Shown: positions 1-15,507 of the stretch, piece after piece
Layout: each line of letters starts with the position of its first letter
Numbering within the stretch: position 1 is the stretch's first letter
Assembly: GCA_001244265.2 (NCBI GenBank)
Contig: CDLV01000010.1
Coordinates: 62,001-126,000, forward strand
DNA: 64,000 nucleotides
Reading direction: 5' to 3'
Source: Microbotryum violaceum
Taxonomy: Eukaryota
Position numbers and translations under genes: made by a program
Notes under the pieces: model-generated
The model's input: the letters and a program-made list of their open reading frames with translations, nothing else
Databases searched by the model: none
What the model was told of the DNA's origin: nothing

Positions 1-149
1 TTTTTACGATGACAAATCGGGCTTCGCTGATTCTCGAGCGGAAACGGACCGCCTACGTGCAGCTATGTTCATAATGACAAAACTGCGGTTACATAAGCTG
101 AGAACTACAATTGCGAAATAAACCGGAGACTGCTGAGGGATCTCCCGCT

Positions 150-1695
150 TCAGAAGCAGAGGATCGGCTTGATCACCTGTCAAAGGAACCACCGTACAAT
201 TTTGAGCAACCCAATAGAAGAGTGCGCCAGAAAGGGAAAAGAAAAAACGTACCGATCCATCTTTCATTGCTTTGAAGGCCGCTTCGAACTCGGTGATGGG
301 GTATTGGGCGGTGAATTTCTCAAGAGGCAAGAAGCCGGCCCTACGCATCTCGAGCAGCTGAGGGATAAACACAGGAGAATGCGAGGCTCCTTCCACTGTG
401 GTGCCAAATGATTTCGTCAGCGCGATTACTCTACCAAGACGTGAACAGCATAAAAGACTGACCGTTGCCAACAAAGGACAAGTGTCGAACTTGCGCGACG
501 TTGATCTGAACATGCGAAAAACAAGTCAGTATTTGCTGTTCCCCGAGATATGGCGAATGGCGACCGAGAAAATGCTCACATCCAACGAAAATTCAGTTCC
601 CTGAGAGAATACTCCGAGCTGGCACAACTTCCCTCCGCTACCCAACAACCCCCAAGCGGCGTACATGCACGCTTTGACACCCGAAGCCTCGATCGCAAAA
701 TCAAGCATTTCGCCCCCAGTGATTTCCTTGATTCTCGCTTCGACGTCCTCCGTCTTTCCATTGATACAGTGCGTTGCACCGCATTCTCGAGCTAGCTCCA
801 AGCGACTGGGGACGATGTCGATAGCGATGATGGTCTTGACGCCAAGGTACGCTGCGGCGCAAATCGCAGCGACTCCGACACCTCCGAGACCCCAGACACC
901 GACGAAGGAGTCCGAAGCGGGTTTGAGGACGTTCAAGACAGAGCCGGCTCTACAAGGAGGACATAACGACGTCAAAAAAGTTCTTGAATTAACGAAACCC
1001 ATATATCCCACTAACCCAGTTTGAATGCCACAGCCCAAGGGTGCCAAGAGTGCAAGCTCGGAGAAAGCAGGAATTTTTACGCACTGGAAAGCATCGACGC
1101 CAATGGCATGTAAGTTCAGGATATCGGACGAGATAGTGTGCCCTCTACTCACACTATTCGCTGCCGCCAAAGTATACTCGGAAAATGAAGACTGCCCGAA
1201 GAACATCCCCGCGATAGGCTCCCCGGTCTCCGAATCTTCGGCGAAATGTGGCTTGCCCTCCCCACTTCGCGCGAGGCTGAAATTGAGCGGAAGCCACGCC
1301 TTGCATTGCGAGGTCTTCTTGGCGTGGCACAAACGACAGTCCGAGCAGAAGTTGAAGCTGAGAAGGACCGAATCACCTTTCTCGAGACCGGTCACGTCTG
1401 GGCCAACGCTTTCGACACTGCCCCGCGATAGGCACGTGACCTCGTGTCAGCGGAGCCACCAGGGGGGATGGACTGAAAGTCACTGCACGTACATTCCAGC
1501 GCCTTCGTGCCCAAGACAAGAAGGGAATTGTCCCGGTAGAACCCCGGATTGCACCGATAAATCAGAGTGACAAACCCCACACGCAATCATCTTGACGAGC
1601 ACTTCTCCTCGTCTCGGATCATCAACGACGACTTCGCGCAATTCGAAAGGGGCATTGACTTCGGATAGGATGAGCGCTTTCGATGTCGTAGGCAT
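150..1695 (-). CDS. Zn-dependent medium-chain alcohol dehydrogenase (aryl-alcohol dehydrogenase-like), multi-exon
   Basis: MPTTSKAL...GVCHSD...GHEGAG catalytic Zn motif; CSDCRLC...C structural Zn site; APLGCGIQTG; Rossmann GLGGVG; last exon VIKPILCF-TGA at 150-152; several GT-AG introns. Confidence 0.9.
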
Positions 1696-2962
1696 CTTGC
1701 TTCAGGATCGATGGTTCGAGAGGTGAAAGGGTAGGAGGAGGAGACAAAAAGCGTTGGACGAGTCGTGGGAGTAGGAGCGTGTGAACAAATCACAACAGAG
1801 CCCGTCCGGCCCCTAGCAATTCTCGAAACCCGCCGTCGCGGGGAAGCCACGAGCACCGAAATGCGGGGCCCAACATGTGATGAATCTCGCACGGACTTGG
1901 CACCTGGGGGCCGGAAAATCTATTCCCCGCCTTTAGTATAACCGAGAGCGCGAGTTCTTTTCTCCTGAATCCTGGTCTTTGGCCGTTTACAAGCCAAAAC
2001 TTCGGAAAAGGTCACTTTTCGGGTCCTGACCCACAAAGGGGGGTACGACTTGCGACCAGCAGAGGGATCAACCTTTTTGCCGTCGAGCTCTCGCGCTCGT
2101 TCGCGCTGCGCTTCGTCGGGGATAAGGCCGATCGACGAGCTGGGGAACGGCAATAAATAAGCCTTAATCTGGGTTATCCCGTCGTGCTGGTGTATCAACC
2201 TCGAATAACTGAATGAGAAGTGAACTCCAAAAGACGATAAGTAATGTCAACACGAAGCTTCTGGTGCAGAGGGGCTACTAGTACTAGTATTTCGAATCCT
2301 CCGTCACGCGGACCCAAATTCGAATCGATGTCATCCATCTTCTGGGACGTAGTTGTTGTGAGGATCTATTATAGAACCTTTCTTGTGATTATTTCCAATG
2401 AGGCCGCACATAGCTGGCGGAGCTGCCGCAGAAGTTTGACACAGAGACCAAGTGCAATGGGATTTGAGTCGACGCATTACAATAGCCTGGCAGCAGTACA
2501 AAGGTCTAAGGGAAAGTGTTGAAGGTGTTCGTAGACCTTGCGCTGATATCGGGGGCCGGATAGCTTAGCAGGTCAAAGCTTTTCCAATCAATCGAAACAC
2601 ATGGTTCAAGCTGAAGGGAGCTGCTGTCGACGTGAGACCTGATCATAGTCCTCCCTTTTGCCTCCTTCCGTCGTAGTCGTTGCATAAAGACGTGTAGTCC
2701 TTGATCGACTGGTTGAGCGGCCTCGAGGCGGGCGCTTTCTTTTGCTCGCCGCTCGCGACGCGGAATGTGCTGATTGACTGTAGCGCAAGACGCATCGCAG
2801 GCACCCATGCCGACCACTGGTTGATGCGGGCGAAAAGACCTATGGTCTCGAGAGGCTCAGCTTTCCTGGACATGTGTTTTCGATGATCGTGCACCACGAT
2901 TTGAGTTCACGGTTGAACTCATCAGACGCTACCAAGTTAAATTTGGTGCTTCGCGATCTTTG

Positions 2963-3101
2963 GTCCAGGGAGACGAGACCACGAACTTCAGTCAACGGTC
3001 GATAGCAGAGTAGGCAATGATTGGTCAATTACACACCTTTAGTCCAGGGAGACGAGAACACGAACTTTAGTCAACGGTCGAAAGCAGAGTCAATGATTGG
3101 T
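2963..3101. repeat. Imperfect direct duplication of about 62 nt (period 79)
   Basis: gtccagggagacgaga(c/a)cacgaactt(c/t)agtcaacggtcga(t/a)agcagagt...caatgattggt at 2963-3025 and 3042-3101. Confidence 0.85.
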
Positions 3102-4941
3102 GAGGAACCAATCTAGAGGACTCCGCACCGCCGCAGTGACGCAGTCCGCGCCTCCCTGGCCAAAATGGCTAAAACTACCCAAAACCCCAAAGACGCTCCT
3201 GCACCCCTTAGCCATTATTGCTCGCGCAGTCCTTTCCAACAGTTGTCGCGGAAGCACCTCGCAACTCGCGCTTCGGCGCTTGTACGAGATTAAAGATGCT
3301 TACAGGAGTCGGTTGAAACCTCGCATCAGCTCCTCTGCTTAAGGGAATGCGCCCTCAGTAAAGTGGCACAACACTGAACGGAAAGGACTCCACTGTTTAG
3401 ATTCATCGACGTGATGCTTAACGTCGATGCTCCGACTGTTTCTCCCATTGGACATCGGACTCACTTGTACTTGGGAGGGGTCCCTGTGCCGTCGGAATCG
3501 TCATTTAAAATTGTCAAGAGTTCAGGAGTCTTTTCGGTTGTAGCGGGTCCGAGTCTTGGTTGTAGCAGGGCCGAGTTCAGGAGTCATTTCCAGAGTCGTA
3601 TCAAACTGTCAAGGTCAACACAGGTTTGGGCACATTTCTCATCGATAAACCGCTCCCGAGTAAATTCAGTACTTCGATGGCTCGAGGATCAACTATCAAC
3701 GACAAAGCATGCAACGGAAATGCACACGGGGGACCGGGCCGGAGGGAGAAGAAATGGGAGGAGCGGCTAAGTAAGCGGATGAGGCGGTGAGGGGGAACGA
3801 AGGCAGCGGAGCGGTTCGAATGACTAGGATGTTTCGGGGGAATTTGCTTCTTGTTCTCAGGTAAGGTAGACCAATTCTAGGATTCAACACAGCATCTTAC
3901 CTGGTTCTCACTTTCTGGGTTTCTTAAAGTCTCATTCGGCATTGTTCTCCGGTCTCAAGTCTCAGCGCCTCAGTCTCGTCTCTCGGCTTTCGTACCCCTG
4001 TCTCTCGGCCGTTCCGGTCGCTCTCTCGCTTCTCTCGTCTTGAATCTCTTATGAGTTCTCGGTCACACTTTATCTCTCATCTCTTATCATCTTTGATCGA
4101 ACCCTTTGCCTATACCATTGTCCCTGCACTGCCTAGAACTTGACCAGCTTGAGTGACGACGACGGTCGACAAGGCAGCGAGACAGTTGACAATATGAAGC
4201 CTCAAGACTTGCAGGGTCCAGCAGGTGAAGGTGGTGGCCAAAGGGTGGTGGCGGTTCGGGCTCGTAGGAAGGACCCAGCCTAATCTGTCTCGCAAGCGCA
4301 TGAAGTACCAGGGATCAATGTGAGACATACAACTCAGTGATTGCAACTGGGCCGACCATCGCGCTCGAGCATCGCTCAGGTAATTGTGTTTTCGTCACTC
4401 AAAACCACTGCGATTTATGTGGCAGAACATGAAATAAGCTCGGGCCGGGGCGGGCTGGCGAGCGGTAGATAGGTCGCGTCGGACCTCGTTTCCAACGTCG
4501 AAATTAGGAGGTCTTTTCGCTTTAAGGATCCAAAAGCGTAGTCGACGCACGTGCACCAACACCTCACTTTCACCTGGGTCGCGAGTTTTGCTTTGCTCTG
4601 GTCTCGTAGCAAGCTATTCACCCCTCGTTGCGACGAATCCGGGGTCGCGCCGGTCCCTCGAAGATCATGATCATGATGAATCACATGCCAAACGAAAGGA
4701 AAGGACCCTGCCCCCAAACCAAAGCAATCCCCCTGCGCATCGCTTCCTAGCGATTTTCCACAGTTTTCAAAGTTCGCTTGCACCAAGTTCACTTGTGAGC
4801 GCTTTAGAAGACGAGCTTGAACGTTGCTGGAGCCTAAAAGGTCACACGCAACGAGACAAGGGAGTGGCTGAACGTCAGAAAGGTTCCGAGCGCCGCAAGT
4901 CGCCGTGTTGAATTTATGTCTACTCCCTATTGGCCGGTTTC

Positions 4942-5341
4942 CTACATGCAATTATTTTGGAAGCAGCTACGGTAACATCCTGCCTTCCTGTGATCACAAG
5001 AGGTTGGCTTGAGTGTTTGCATAGGGCGTCAAAGTTGAAACGGTGTGAAGTACTTGCTTGTCTCTGGTCAAGGTATCGCATTTTTGTCTCGATATGCAAG
5101 GATGAGCCGCCTCGCAACTGGAAAATAAAAAGACCTCAGCGTCTGTACAGCTTGACAATAGAATGTGGGAGGAGAGAGAGGGGGGCGGGATTGCCGACGC
5201 TGACCATCCGCGACATGAGCGTGCCACTTGGGTCACTACTTACTACTCAAGGTTACCATGTGCGTCAGGCTTGTCGCAAGGAAGAGCGACGACGAGGGTC
5301 AACAAGGTCGCCAAGAAAGAGGATACGATCAAAAGCTTTAT
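4942..5341 (-). pseudogene. Small secreted Cys-rich peptide gene with ATA in place of ATG (pseudogene or non-AUG start)
   Basis: Exons 5341-5244, 5117-5058 and 4987-4942 give (I/M)KLLIVSSFLATLLTLVVA-LPCDKPDAHGNLEYCEAAHPCISRQKCDTLTRDKKAGCYRSCFQNNCM*. Intron 1 has a GTAAGT donor and TTTTCCAG acceptor; intron 2 needs a GCAAGT donor. Confidence 0.5.
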
Positions 5342-6245
5342 GTCTGGACGGCGAAGGCTTGGGAAGTGAAGAAGAGGAAAGAAAGAGGCGTGGACTCGGC
5401 GGCTTAGCAACTCGACATACCACACCGGAAAGGACCGCACGTGCTCATCACCGCCGAGTGTCGCGTAATCTTAGTACAGGATCCGATCAATCACCCACAC
5501 TACCCCACGATCCAATCTATGTCTCTGCACAAGACGATTGCTTCAGTTGAGTCAACTCTTTTCACTTTAGCGCCCCTTTGAGACCGAGACCTACTGGAAG
5601 TGCGACAGGGGTCGCCCACTGCAAGTTGGCCGTTGTCGTTGTTCAAGGTGGCACTGCAGTTGGGCTGAAGGCCTCGAGCCGCGCTTGTGCGCAAGCTGTC
5701 CGTCCGAAAAGACCTGTTAATAGACAACCTCGGACATACTTGATTTGTTTGGCATAGGTACAGCGGCAAGCAGAACTGGATCGGGATCTGTCTGGATTTG
5801 ACCTCAAGGGCATCGCGACAGAATTCAAGCGCCTCACGGCCTCACGGCCTCACGCGCGGGTGGTGTGCCAGTGCTGTGCCTTGCGCGTGTCTCGCGAACG
5901 CGTCACCGGGTCTCAGCGGCTCTCTGCGGCGCTGAGCACTTGGTAGTCTCGTAATCGAAATTGGCTCAGCACCTCGGCGCTTGGCTCCTGCATCGTATCG
6001 CGTGACATCGGCAAATCGGACCGGCCAGATCATCGCACGTGCGACTGCGTGCGCACCTCCCACCTACGTCACTCTCATCCGTCGGGATCAAGTTTAGCCA
6101 CTCGACTGGTCAGACATTGGCCTCGTCCGGCTCCTGGCTCCACGAGGGGGAAATCGCAAGCGCTGAGCGGCGCTACGACCCAGAGCAAGGCTGGATTTTG
6201 CGGCCACCTTTTAAATACCGAGTACGGATTTGAGGCTGATTCGGT

Positions 6246-9200
6246 ATGGCTGAAGGTCGAGGTGAGTTTTGGCATTCAAGAACGCGGTTTCTGTCCAAAG
6301 AGTCGACTGTCCGTCGCACCCGTACGAGGCGAGGGTGTGTCTGAATCGAGTGTTCGCCATCAGGAATGATACACGCCAGGATAATATGCCGTGACCGGAT
6401 ACATTGCTGCAGTTGAAGCGCATACTGACCCTTATCGTCCCACTCTGCACGGTCCTCCCCCACACCGTCCGCTCGTCCGGTCTCGACTCCCCCACCTCGC
6501 CCCGTCACGTACCATGACACAATAAACGCACGTTCTGATCGCGACTATAGCCCGGTATCCGCTCTTTTCCGAGTCGACGGCGGCCTCGCTCCCTTCCCCT
6601 CTGGCGCAACTGCCGAACCGATCCACTTCGCCTCTGTTCCCGGCCTCCCCACCAAACATCTCCCCGAGTCCGATCGCATCCACTTCAGCAGCTCCGACGG
6701 GATCACAACAACCGTCAAGAGCATCTTCGAGGGAGAGACCGACATCGCGTTCAAAGTCGTTGCGCGAGCTCGACTCGGGCTCGATCCTGCTCGCGGCCCC
6801 TCCCGCCGACTCGTTCTCGCTCCGATCCGCTTCGTCCCTACACCACGACAGTCACATTCCTCACCCCAATCCTACTGGTTCCCCCGTTCCATCGATCGCG
6901 GCTTCATTGGCCCCAGCTCCAGATGCATTACCTAGCCACATCGCTCTTCCAATGGCGCCCCACCTCTTGCCGTCATCGAATCTCGCCGCGCTTCCGATCG
7001 AGCAACTCGTCGCCCTCGTCATGGCCTTGTCCGAAGATCGAGACTCAATAATAGCCCAACTTGAAACACGTCAACGGGAATGCGAAGCGTTGGAGACCAT
7101 TTGTAAGGATGCGGGAGTCGGGCCGGGAGAAGTCGATCGAGCAAAAGTTCGGGCTCGAGTCTTGCCGAGCGAGGACACAGCCCAGACGACGACGGCGGGG
7201 TGGAGGCCGAGTCAAAGTGCACCGATACGAAGCAGAGAGTGGAGAATCGCATTGTTACCGCCACCTGAAGCGCCTTCAACATCGTCGACGTCGGACTTTG
7301 ATACGAGCTCGGAGCAACCGCCAGCATCAGCGACGCACCTCTCTCAAGTCGACCTTGACCTCGATGATTTGGCCGAAGCAATGGGAGAGAATGCTTTCCA
7401 GGTACAGAACGCGGGGACCGACACCGCTAATGAAGGTACTTTGAACGAGTCGGCGACTCCAGCGGTGGACATTAGCCCTTCGTCGACGATCAGCAAGGGC
7501 AAGACGGGGAACCGGGGACGCCACGCCTCGCTGTCCTCTCGTCTCTTTGGCAGCATCCTCCTCGCTGGAACATCTTCGTCGCCCCCACCACTCCCCGTGC
7601 CCGACCCGAATTCTTTAACCTCAGCGAAGAATATCAAAAAAGGTCGCCACAAGCGATCCGACAGCGCGCAAAGCAGTTCAAGCATCGCCTCGGGGACTTC
7701 TTCGATCGTCTGCAACGACAGCGTCAAGTCTGACGATCCGACGACATCACCGGCCAACAAGGGTACTTACGAAGGTTGGATCGGGTGGAAGAGCTGGAGG
7801 GCCAAGGAGAAGAAGAGCACGCTCGCTTCGTCCGTGTTCGAGAGCGAGACGACCAGCTCGATCCGCTCTTCAGGTGGGGCAGACGAAGCGGGAGTAGAAC
7901 GAGTCGAATCGCCGACGATCGATGTCGATGCGACGACGGCGTTGGATGAGGACGAGCTGGCGACGCCAATGCCCAAGCCGAATAGGATCAGCGACTTTTT
8001 CGCATTAACGTCTCCGACTCGACCGAGGAAGGGCAGTAGCTCACTACAGCCTCGTCCAGATGAGGTCGTCTCTCCTCCTCCAGAAGAACCGGTAACTTAT
8101 GCGTCGCCGCCGTCTGCTTCGATACTTAGCGCGATTACAACGGCCACCGCCATTTCGGCCGACGAGACGAGCACTTTAGTCTCACCGACGGAATCCGACA
8201 CTTCCTCTGCTTCGTCCGCGACACCCGATCGGAAACCGCGCGCCTGGGAAGGCCTGGGGTCACCGATCCTCACCCGACCTCGGATCCCTTCTGCACCGAG
8301 TCTCTCGCACCAACAGGCTCACAGCGCTTTGGTTTCGGCGGCCGAGGTTGGGGCAAGTCTGTCGAGGACGTCGTCGTCTCGGAGCTCCCACAGTTCGAGA
8401 CAAGCGTCGTCGGCCGTGCAAGACGATCTTTCGACATCGGCGGCGACCATCGAAAAGCCGGTTACGACGATCGACACACCAGTCCAGGGCCTGAAAGTCG
8501 TACAAGAAGACTACGATACCACCGCGGACGTTGACAATTCTAGCATCTCGACACCGCCCGAGTCGCTCACAGATGCATCATGGAATGCGGATCGAACGAT
8601 CAAGTCGCGGCGACGCGTTTCGGCGAACTTGTCAGAACGCAAGTCCCCGGCCCTCGTCCAAGCGATCATGACTCCCGCCGCCAAGGAAACTCCGCCTGCA
8701 AGTGCGGCTACGAATCCAGGCTATGTGGCTTCGGCTAAAGGTGCTTTCGGTCGAGCACTTGGGTTCGGTTCGACTCCCTCTTCGCCAAAGATGGCGCGAT
8801 CGTTTTCGGAAGGGATGCGACGTGCGAGCGGTGTTTCGTCGACGCAGGGTGAACCCAACTTGACTCTGTTCCCCAAGCTACCCACACTTTCCAAATACTC
8901 GCCCGCTGCTCCTGCGGCTCTGTCTACGCCGTCAACGGTCGTTTCTCTTTCGGCGCATGCAACTCCAAGCGTGAAGAGTCCCCCGCCTATTCCAATGACG
9001 CCGACAATCTCTTCGTCTGCTGCGATCCCACCGACGATGATGGAGCTTGGAGTGATTTCTGGTGAACCTGCACCTCCGACATTAGCTTTGCACAATCCGA
9101 CTTCTGGACAGGCAGCGAGCGTGGGAGAGGAAGGTCCTATGGTCGATCGATATGGGTTCGTGTACGACGTGCGCAGTGGGATGAAGTTGTTGCGTGAAGC

Positions 9201-11262
9201 GAGAAAGAAGCAGGAACGATCAATGGGGAACGGAGGGTCAAGGCGGTTGTTCACGGACATGGGCCACGACGACGACGACGACGACGACAAAGAGGAGGAT
9301 CAGATCGTCGCCGTTCCGGGTTCAAAGGATGCCGGCCCCGCTGTCGACGCCGTGCAGAGTCAAGCCGAACTTGATGCCGAACTGGAAATGCTGCGCGAAG
9401 CTCTGGGCATTCCACCACCTTTGTCGTCAAGGGCTTCTTCGCCTACCGCCGTTCGCTCGCCAATTGGATCTCGCTCGCCCGTTCCTAGCCTTGCGCCTTC
9501 CACAAGTACCACCACATCGACGCATGCACCTCATCTCACTAGTTCAGTTTCGTCGGATCGACCCGCGACGACGGCTTCAATCACCAGCCCCACTGCCCCC
9601 ACCTCCGGTCCACAAAGCATGAAACGCCTCCTCATCCAACTACGCGAGATGTCGGACGTACAAGACCAAAAACGTAAACTCGAATGGGACGCCTTCATCT
9701 CGAAACGTCAAACCAAACTCGCCAAGATAGGTTCGTCAGGGATGAGTGGATCGACGAATCTTCATAATGGTCTTGATGATGGGAAGGACTCGACTCATTC
9801 CGCTACGACTCGGAAACGAGCTTCGAGGAGCGTCGTCGTGCAATCGGATCAGATCAATGCATTTTCAAATAGTTCTGACGACGAGGGTGATAAATCGAAA
9901 AGTCGAACAACGGCGGATGAACAAGCTTGGCGATGCGAAGATCTAGTCGGTGTCAGTCAGATGGGCGTCGATGGCAAGTCAGGGAAAGAAGATTGGGCCG
10001 AGTTCAAACAACTAGTTCGTAAAGGCGTACCGATCGCTTATCGACCCAAGTGAGTCCTACTGAATCGCTGTGCCGCGTGATCGTGAGACTCAGTATGATT
10101 TTCGTTGTCTCACAGGATCTGGGCTGAATGCTCCGGGGCGAACGAGGCGCGTGAGCCGGGGGTGTATCAGGATTTGTTGGCGCACAAGAATGAAGAGAAC
10201 CAGTGCCTGAATCAGATCGATATGGACTGTGAGCTCTGCGAATGTTGAGTCCCCACACGGGGTTGTGATGCTAATATCCGATCCTCGTACTCCTGTAGGT
10301 CATCGTACTTTCCCCACCAACGTCTTTTTCGCCGGCACCGGGCCCGGCGTCGCCAAACTGCGCAACGTTCTCGTTGCCTACTCTCGACACAACCCTCTCA
10401 TTGGCTATTGTCAAGGCATGAACAATCTCACTGCTACCCTCTTGCTCACTCACCCTGCCGAAGAGGATGCGTTTTGGGTCTTGGTTTGCATCATTGAGGT
10501 GCGTTCTTCTCGCCAACCTGAGTTGCATCGTCGTTCGGGTTGCTAAACTGACCTAAATCCTCGGACTGTCCACAGAAAATACTTCCATCTGACTACTACA
10601 CCTCTCACCTCCTGGTCTCCCAAGCGGACCAGCGTGTCCTCAAGACTCTCGTCGTTCGTCTCATGCCCGACCTCGCCGCCCACCTCGAAGATCTAGGTGT
10701 CGAATTACCAGCAATCACATTCGGATGGTTCTTGAGTTTATTCACGGATGCGTTACCGATCCAAGTGAGTCCCCCCTCCCCCCCTTCCCTTTTTCTGCAC
10801 TCTCTTCCAAAGATTTAAACCTCAGTCTTCTTCCTCCTACCCAGACCCTCCTCCGAATTTGGGACCTCATCTTCGTCTTCGGCACAGTCATGCTCTTCCG
10901 CGTCGCCGTCGCCATCCTCAAATTACACGAAACCGAAATCCTCTCTTGTGATTCAGCCGCTACACTCTATGCGCTTATGAGAGCCATGACGACTCATTTA
11001 TACCAAGTCGATAAATTGCTCAAAGTACGTCTGCTTCACGAAGAAGATTTCTTTCACCCGATTTCGTGGGGTGGGTGAGGGAGGGAGGAAGGAACTGACG
11101 AAATTAAGTCCGCGATTTGTTGGCCCCCCGTTATTCGCATAGATCGCTTGCGAGGACTTGAAAGCGGTGATTAAGGATCGGGAAATCTCGACGTTGAGGA
11201 TGAAGCATGTTAATGATTTGCAGCAGGAATTAGGTATCTTTCCTGAAGAACGGAGGGAATAG
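6246..11262 (+). CDS. TBC-domain Rab GTPase-activating protein with a long S/T/P-rich N-terminus
   Basis: VDRYGF; LVRKGVPIAYRPK/IWAECSG; QIDMDCHRTFP (R finger); IGYCQGMN (Q finger); EEDAFW; FGWFLSLF; LRIWD; stop TAG at 11260-11262. The start is uncertain: the model uses ATG 6246 with intron 6262-6550; the alternative is ATG 6952. Confidence 0.88.
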
Positions 11263-11661
11263 GTGTCGGTCGGGTGGGGTAGGGGGGGAGAATCCGTTCC
11301 TCCCGAGTCGTAAATTCTTCTTAGCTGCATTCGTGGTATGGTGTCTTCTTTTTTTTTGCCTCCCGGAAATTTTGAGGCGTTTTTCTTGTACGTGTTGTCA
11401 ATTCTACCAACGTTTTCTTTTCCCCTTTCTATTTTGAGGCTGTGAGATCCGTTCGTTTTAGTCGGCGGCAACTCGGGGCCTTTTTTCTCGCATGCCCATC
11501 AATTCAGGTCCCCTCTCGACGCAGACATAGCCGAAGCTTTGGAACGGATGTGCAGCATTATAACGGAATGAACAGATCCGACAGGAGATCGTATGTACTA
11601 GATACAAAGAAAGAAAGAAAGAAAACAAGCCAAAAGCCTAAAGCGGGATCGTGAACTAGGC

Positions 11662-12945
11662 CTACTGCTTGGAAGCATCAAACATCGGTATTCCTGACCC
11701 AACCCCATGAGCCAACGGAGTCGTTTCCGCCACCGTACCTTCAGGTACCACATAAGCCTGATCAGGTAAACCAGTTTCGTCTACCCCCTCTGCCGCTTCG
11801 ATCGCTTCATACATCGCACTCGCCGCTTCGGGAGGTGGGATTTTACCTCCCAATAAATCGACGGCGGAGATGGATTGTCCATAAAAATCTTTATTCGCGT
11901 CCTTGCGTTCGATCAACATCGTACCTTCCAACGAAGCACCGGCGAAAAGACCTTTCGATTTAGAATAAGTGAACATCGGGGCTGGGTTGATGATAGCGGT
12001 GTTGACTGCGCCTCCGACACCGATAGGTCCGGCGGCGGCGGAGAGTGCACCTCCTAGGGTTAGGTTACCACCTTTTGCGAAAGCGTTGACGGCCTCGGTA
12101 GAGTTGAGCACGATGACGAACTGGTTGGGTTTAAAGGAGGGAGCGATCAGTTTCCTCAGGAAGGAGGGGGTTCTTGAGAGAGTTCTTTCCGTGCCCAAGC
12201 CACGCCGGAGTCAAAGACGCCGAAAACAGATTCGATAAGGACCGTAATGGCCTTAAGCTTGACTTGAAAATAAACTCGCACTTACTTCACTCAAATCCGC
12301 ACCAATCTGCAAGCCGAAACCGACTCCGCCTGTAGCGATACAACTCGGAGCGGACCAGGTGCCATCTTCCAGGCGAGCGAGTACGACACCGGATCCTGCC
12401 TTGCCGGACCATACGAAGCCGGCTTTGAGGACGGTGAAGATGGCCAGACTGGGGGTTGGGCACGAGGGAAGAAATTAGTGGGGTGTGAGGTGGAGGAAGG
12501 TGGGAGGGCTCGGCCTTGAAGAGGAACCGTTGGATGAGGACGACTGACCCCTTGGCATTCTTGAGTACGGCTTTGGGGATCGCGTTGAGGGCTGTTGGAT
12601 CAGAGTAGGGGGGAATGCTAAGGGATCGGATGGGAGATGACACGCTGGCAAAAGAGCTGCACTGACCTGATTCAGGATTCGCGGGGTCGGCGAGGAAGCT
12701 GGCGAGGATCTTGGCCGACTTGGCGCACTTGCCACGTCAACAACAAACAGTACGCCGTGATCAGCTCCACACTCTACCCACTCCGTACCCCCTGTCCGGC
12801 CTGAACGGACCTCATTCTCCAACTTGAACCCGGTCAGTGTCTTTTGTCCGCCCTCTTGCACCTCCCTAGCGACAGTGTTACCGAACGCGGTCGCCTGCGT
12901 ACCGACTTTCTTGGCCGCTTCAGAGAACTTGTTGAGCATCGACAT
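11662..12945 (-). CDS. SYLF/Ysc84 actin- and lipid-binding domain protein with no SH3 domain
   Basis: IPKAVLKNAKG/LAIFTVLKAGFVWSGKAGSGVVLARLEDGTWSAPSCI...GFGLQIGAD...FVIVLN...YSKSKGLFAGASLEG...ANKDFYG across spliced exons. Confidence 0.88.
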
Positions 12946-13267
12946 GTTCGTCGATGAACTGGGATATGTGTTAGGGTGTGGGTTTGGAGGCGATATCGGT
13001 CCAGTGTGGGTGGCGATAGGAGGTGAGGCAGAGAACAGAGGGAGCCTTCTGGTGCGCCTGCTAGCTGCTTGCTGGCCATGCGCGTGAAATACGCTCCAGC
13101 CAGACTCCGATGACGACGTGACGACAACCGCCCGTTTGTTGAGCTTGGACCTCCTAATCCCGCTCAGAGGGGTCGGACAAAATAGCGGGAAAATCGAAGT
13201 CAGCTACACTATGAACTCGAAAAGATCACAGAGGGGAGATCTCGGTCGGGAGTCGGCCGAGTGCGCC

Positions 13268-13308
13268 AGGAGTAAGTAGGAGTAAGTAGGAGTAAGTAGG
13301 AATAAGTG
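13268..13308. repeat. 10-nt tandem repeat (AGGAGTAAGT, about 4 copies) in a divergent promoter
   Basis: Three exact units plus one degenerate unit between the SYLF gene and the KMO gene. Confidence 0.9.
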
Positions 13309-13493
13309 ACCCCGGTTCGTCTGCCCGTACGCACGCGTGCGACATGCGACACCTTCGCTGCCCCTCTCTGCCCCTCTGCCCCTTACCCCTAACCCCTTAA
13401 CCCCACCCACTCTGACGCGGACGCTCACCCGACTCACTCATCTCTCTCACTCTCCTTCTCTCCCCCTTCTCGACCTCGCTGCTCTCGACCAAC

Positions 13494-15507
<2,014 letters not shown>

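Noticed and set aside
2255-2315. TTCGAATCC T-loop-like motif suggesting a tRNA
   Set aside because: No acceptor stem, D arm or anticodon arm could be folded.
2963-3101. Repeat-spacer-repeat as a CRISPR-like array
   Set aside because: Only two imperfect copies of about 62 nt in a eukaryotic context, with no cas genes.
3600-4400. CT-rich tract resembling an LTR or retroelement leader
   Set aside because: No second LTR, primer-binding site or gag/pol motif found.
13386-13404. Telomeric repeat tract
   Set aside because: Only one or two degenerate CCCTAA-like units inside a promoter; not an array.
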